Part shown: positions 61,251 to 64,000 of the stretch, one piece after another
Layout: each line of letters opens with the position of its first letter
How positions within the stretch are numbered: the first letter of the stretch is position 1
Assembly (NCBI RefSeq): GCF_006345805.1
Contig: NC_042999.1
Coordinates: 69,564,001 to 69,628,000 of the forward strand
Source of the DNA: Octopus sinensis
Taxonomy: Eukaryota
DNA: 64,000 nucleotides
Direction: 5' to 3'
Program-made: the position numbers and the translations under genes
Notes under the pieces: generated by a model
The model's input: only the letters and a program-made list of their open reading frames with translations
What the model was told of the DNA's origin: nothing
Database searches by the model: none

Positions 61251-62263
61251 GAACGTGGTCAATGCCAGGTCCACCTGACTAGCTCCTGTGCCGGTGGTAC
61301 ATAAAAAGTACCATCCAAACGTGGCCAATGCGAGGCCCGCCTTACTGGTTCTTGTGCCGGCAGCACGTAAAAAGCACCTACTACACTCTCAGAGTGGTTG
61401 GCGTTAGCAAGGGCATCCACCTGTAGAAACATTGCCAGATCAGAGTGGAACCTGGTGCAGCTGCTGGCTCTCCAGACCTCAATCAAACCATCCAACTCAT
61501 GTCAGTATGGAAAACAGACGTGAAACGACGACGATGATGATAATGATGATGAAACTGGGAAACTGGCCCTCATGAGCCTGGCATGGCTCGAGAAGAAAAT
61601 ATTTATTCTGTTTATTTATATATGTGTATGATATTACTAATATTATAATATGATATCGGTAATACATCACCATCATCATCATTTAATGACTGTTTTCCAA
61701 GCCAGCATGGGTTGGATGGTTTGACAAGAGCTGGCAAGGCTGGGAGCCACACTAGGCTCTATTGTCTGTGTTGCCATGGTTTCTACAGCTGGATGTCCTT
61801 CCTAATACCAACCACTTTACAAAGTGTACTGCATGCTTTCTATGTAGCACCAGTACCAGTAATTTTTACGAAGTACTACCACCAACAAGGTCACAAAAAG
61901 GAATGCAATTAAAGCAGTATTTAATTAAAATAACCATCTATGCATCATACCTAATGCATATGCGCTGTTGATAGGCCAGTTACTGAAGTATTTGTCCTGA
62001 GATAACATCTTTGGTGGACTCACGGTGATAAAATCTACTTACAGTTATGTACATTGAAGTAAATTATCTTTAATCTTTTATCATTAGACTGCGACCATGC
62101 TGGGGCATTGCCTTGAATAAGTTTTAACCAAATGAATCATACTCAGTACTTATATGATTTTTTAGGTCTGATGCTTACCCTGTCTGTCTCTTTTTACTGA
62201 ACTGCTAAGTTACAGGGATGTAAACACACCAACACTGGTTGTCAAGCAGTGGTGGTGGAGGTC

Positions 62264-62295
<32 letters not shown>

Positions 62296-63067
62296 ACATA
62301 CAGTGAGCTTCTTTCAGTTTCTGTCTACTAAATCCACTCAAGGCTTTGGTCAACCTGAGGTTGTAGCAGAAGACACTTGCCCAAGGTGCCATGCAGCAGG
62401 ACTGAACCTGGTGCCATTTGGTTGGAAAGCAAGTTTCTTACCATACTGTCACACCTATATATGTATGTGTTGTTTGTCTCATAACAGAGAATAAAAGTTA
62501 TGTTAACTATGAATATTTCTTCTCTTATCTATTTCCAAGAACTCTGAATTTATTAAAATGTAGAGTTCTCAACCATACTTAACTTCATCAACATTTTGAT
62601 CATAACATCCTGATAACACAAAGTGCCTCCTGACTGGCTCCCATACCAGTGGCATGTAAAAAGCACCATTCAAGCATGTGTTGTTGCCAGTGCCACCTGA
62701 CTGGCTCCCATGCTGGTAGCTCATAAAAATCACCATTCAAGCATGGTCGATGCCTGACTGGCCCTTGTGCTGTTGGCATGTAAAAACAACCACTACACTC
62801 TTAAAGTGGTTGGCATTAGGAAGGGCATTAGGCTGTAGAAACCTTACCTGATCAGATTGGAGCCTAATGCAGCCTTCTGGCTTGCCAGTCCTCAGTCAAT
62901 CTGTCCAACACATGCCAGCATAAAAAGCGAATGTTAAACGACGACGATGATGATGATGACGACTACATCCATTCATCTACCAAGCATTATCATTGGTGAC
63001 ATGATTCAAATACCAATACCAATACCAATCACCATTATATCTGTTATATATTATTACAATCATCCCT

Positions 63068-63288
63068 AAGGTGGCGAGCTGGCAGAATCGTTAGCATGCC
63101 GGGTGAAATGCTTAGCAGTATTTCATCCGTCTTTACGTTCTGAGTTGAAATTCCGCTGAGATCCGCTTTGCCGTTCATCCTTTCAGGGTTGATAAATTAA
63201 GTACCAGTGAAACACTGGGGGTCACTGTAATTGACTATCCCACTCCCCACAAATTCTAGGCCTTGTGGATTTAGAAGAAAGGATTATT
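63068..63288 (+). mobile_element. SINE family A, full copy
   Basis: aaggtggcgagctggcagaatcgttagc ... aaaggattatt. Confidence 0.85.
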
Positions 63289-64000
63289 ACAGTCATCTCT
63301 CTACCATCTAACCAACTCACCTCACATACTTATGAAATTTTTCTGTCTCTGCTCCCTTCCCATTCACATAGACCAATCCTTTGTATCTCTTCACCTACAT
63401 TCCCTCTCACTGTACCTGACAACTATCCACCACCATCTCTCCTACTCTCTCCATCTTTATCTTTCTCTCTAAGTCTCTCTTACTCTTCCTTCTTCTCCAA
63501 CTGATAACCTTATATCTCTTCTAAGGCAACACGCCTATTTCTATCTATTATTCTTTTAATCTCTCATCATTTGCCGCAAAACTACCGCTGTCAATACTTC
63601 CCTCATTCCCAGTTCAAAAGACTTTGTCTTGCAAGTTGTTTAGTGACCCTGCTGGTGCTGGTGCCATGTGAAAAGCATCCAGTACATTCTGTAAAGTGGA
63701 TGGTGTTAAGAAGGGCATTCAGCCGTAGAAGCCATGTCAAAACAAACAGGGCCCAGTGTAGCTTTCTGGCCTTGCCAGTTCCTTGTCAAAGTGTCCAACC
63801 CATGCCAGTATGGAGAACAGATGTTAAATGATGATCACACACACACACACAAACAAACAATGGGCTTTCACACAATTTCTGTCCACCAAATTCACTCTCA
63901 ATGCATTGTTTGCCCTGAGGCCAAGGTGCCATAGAGTGGGACTGAACTTGAAGCCAACTGGTTGCAAAGCAAGCTCCTTACTCACACAGCCATGTCTGGC

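Overview
Eukaryotic, AT-rich, repeat-dense genomic DNA. The SINE/LINE families and microsatellite load look like an octopus (coleoid cephalopod) genome; this is inferred, not proven. One protein-coding gene is fully supported: a 4-exon KDEL receptor (ERD2/KDELR) on the minus strand (ATG 41910, stop 19469; 91+260+253+35 = 639 nt, 212 aa, all introns GT-AG). The rest is mostly mobile DNA: the 5' end of an RTE-clade LINE running off the left edge, many 5'-truncated RTE copies, R4/Dong-like RLE LINE ends sitting at (TAA)n, a Tx1/L1-like end, a decayed Penelope-like element (RT + GIY-YIG) with inverted termini, several tRNA-derived SINE families, Helentron/HINE-like elements, MITEs and microsatellites. 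Two observations stand out. (1) A tRNA-headed SINE family whose tail folds into a minimal Penelope-type hammerhead ribozyme and which shows the same 5'-inverted-tail signature as the local Penelope element. (2) A 1.58-kb element with 29-bp terminal inverted repeats flanked by an exact 22-bp direct duplication. Repeat boundaries are by eye (about +/-10-20 bp) unless a TSD or TIR fixes them. Family names are my resemblance calls and need a Dfam/Repbase check.
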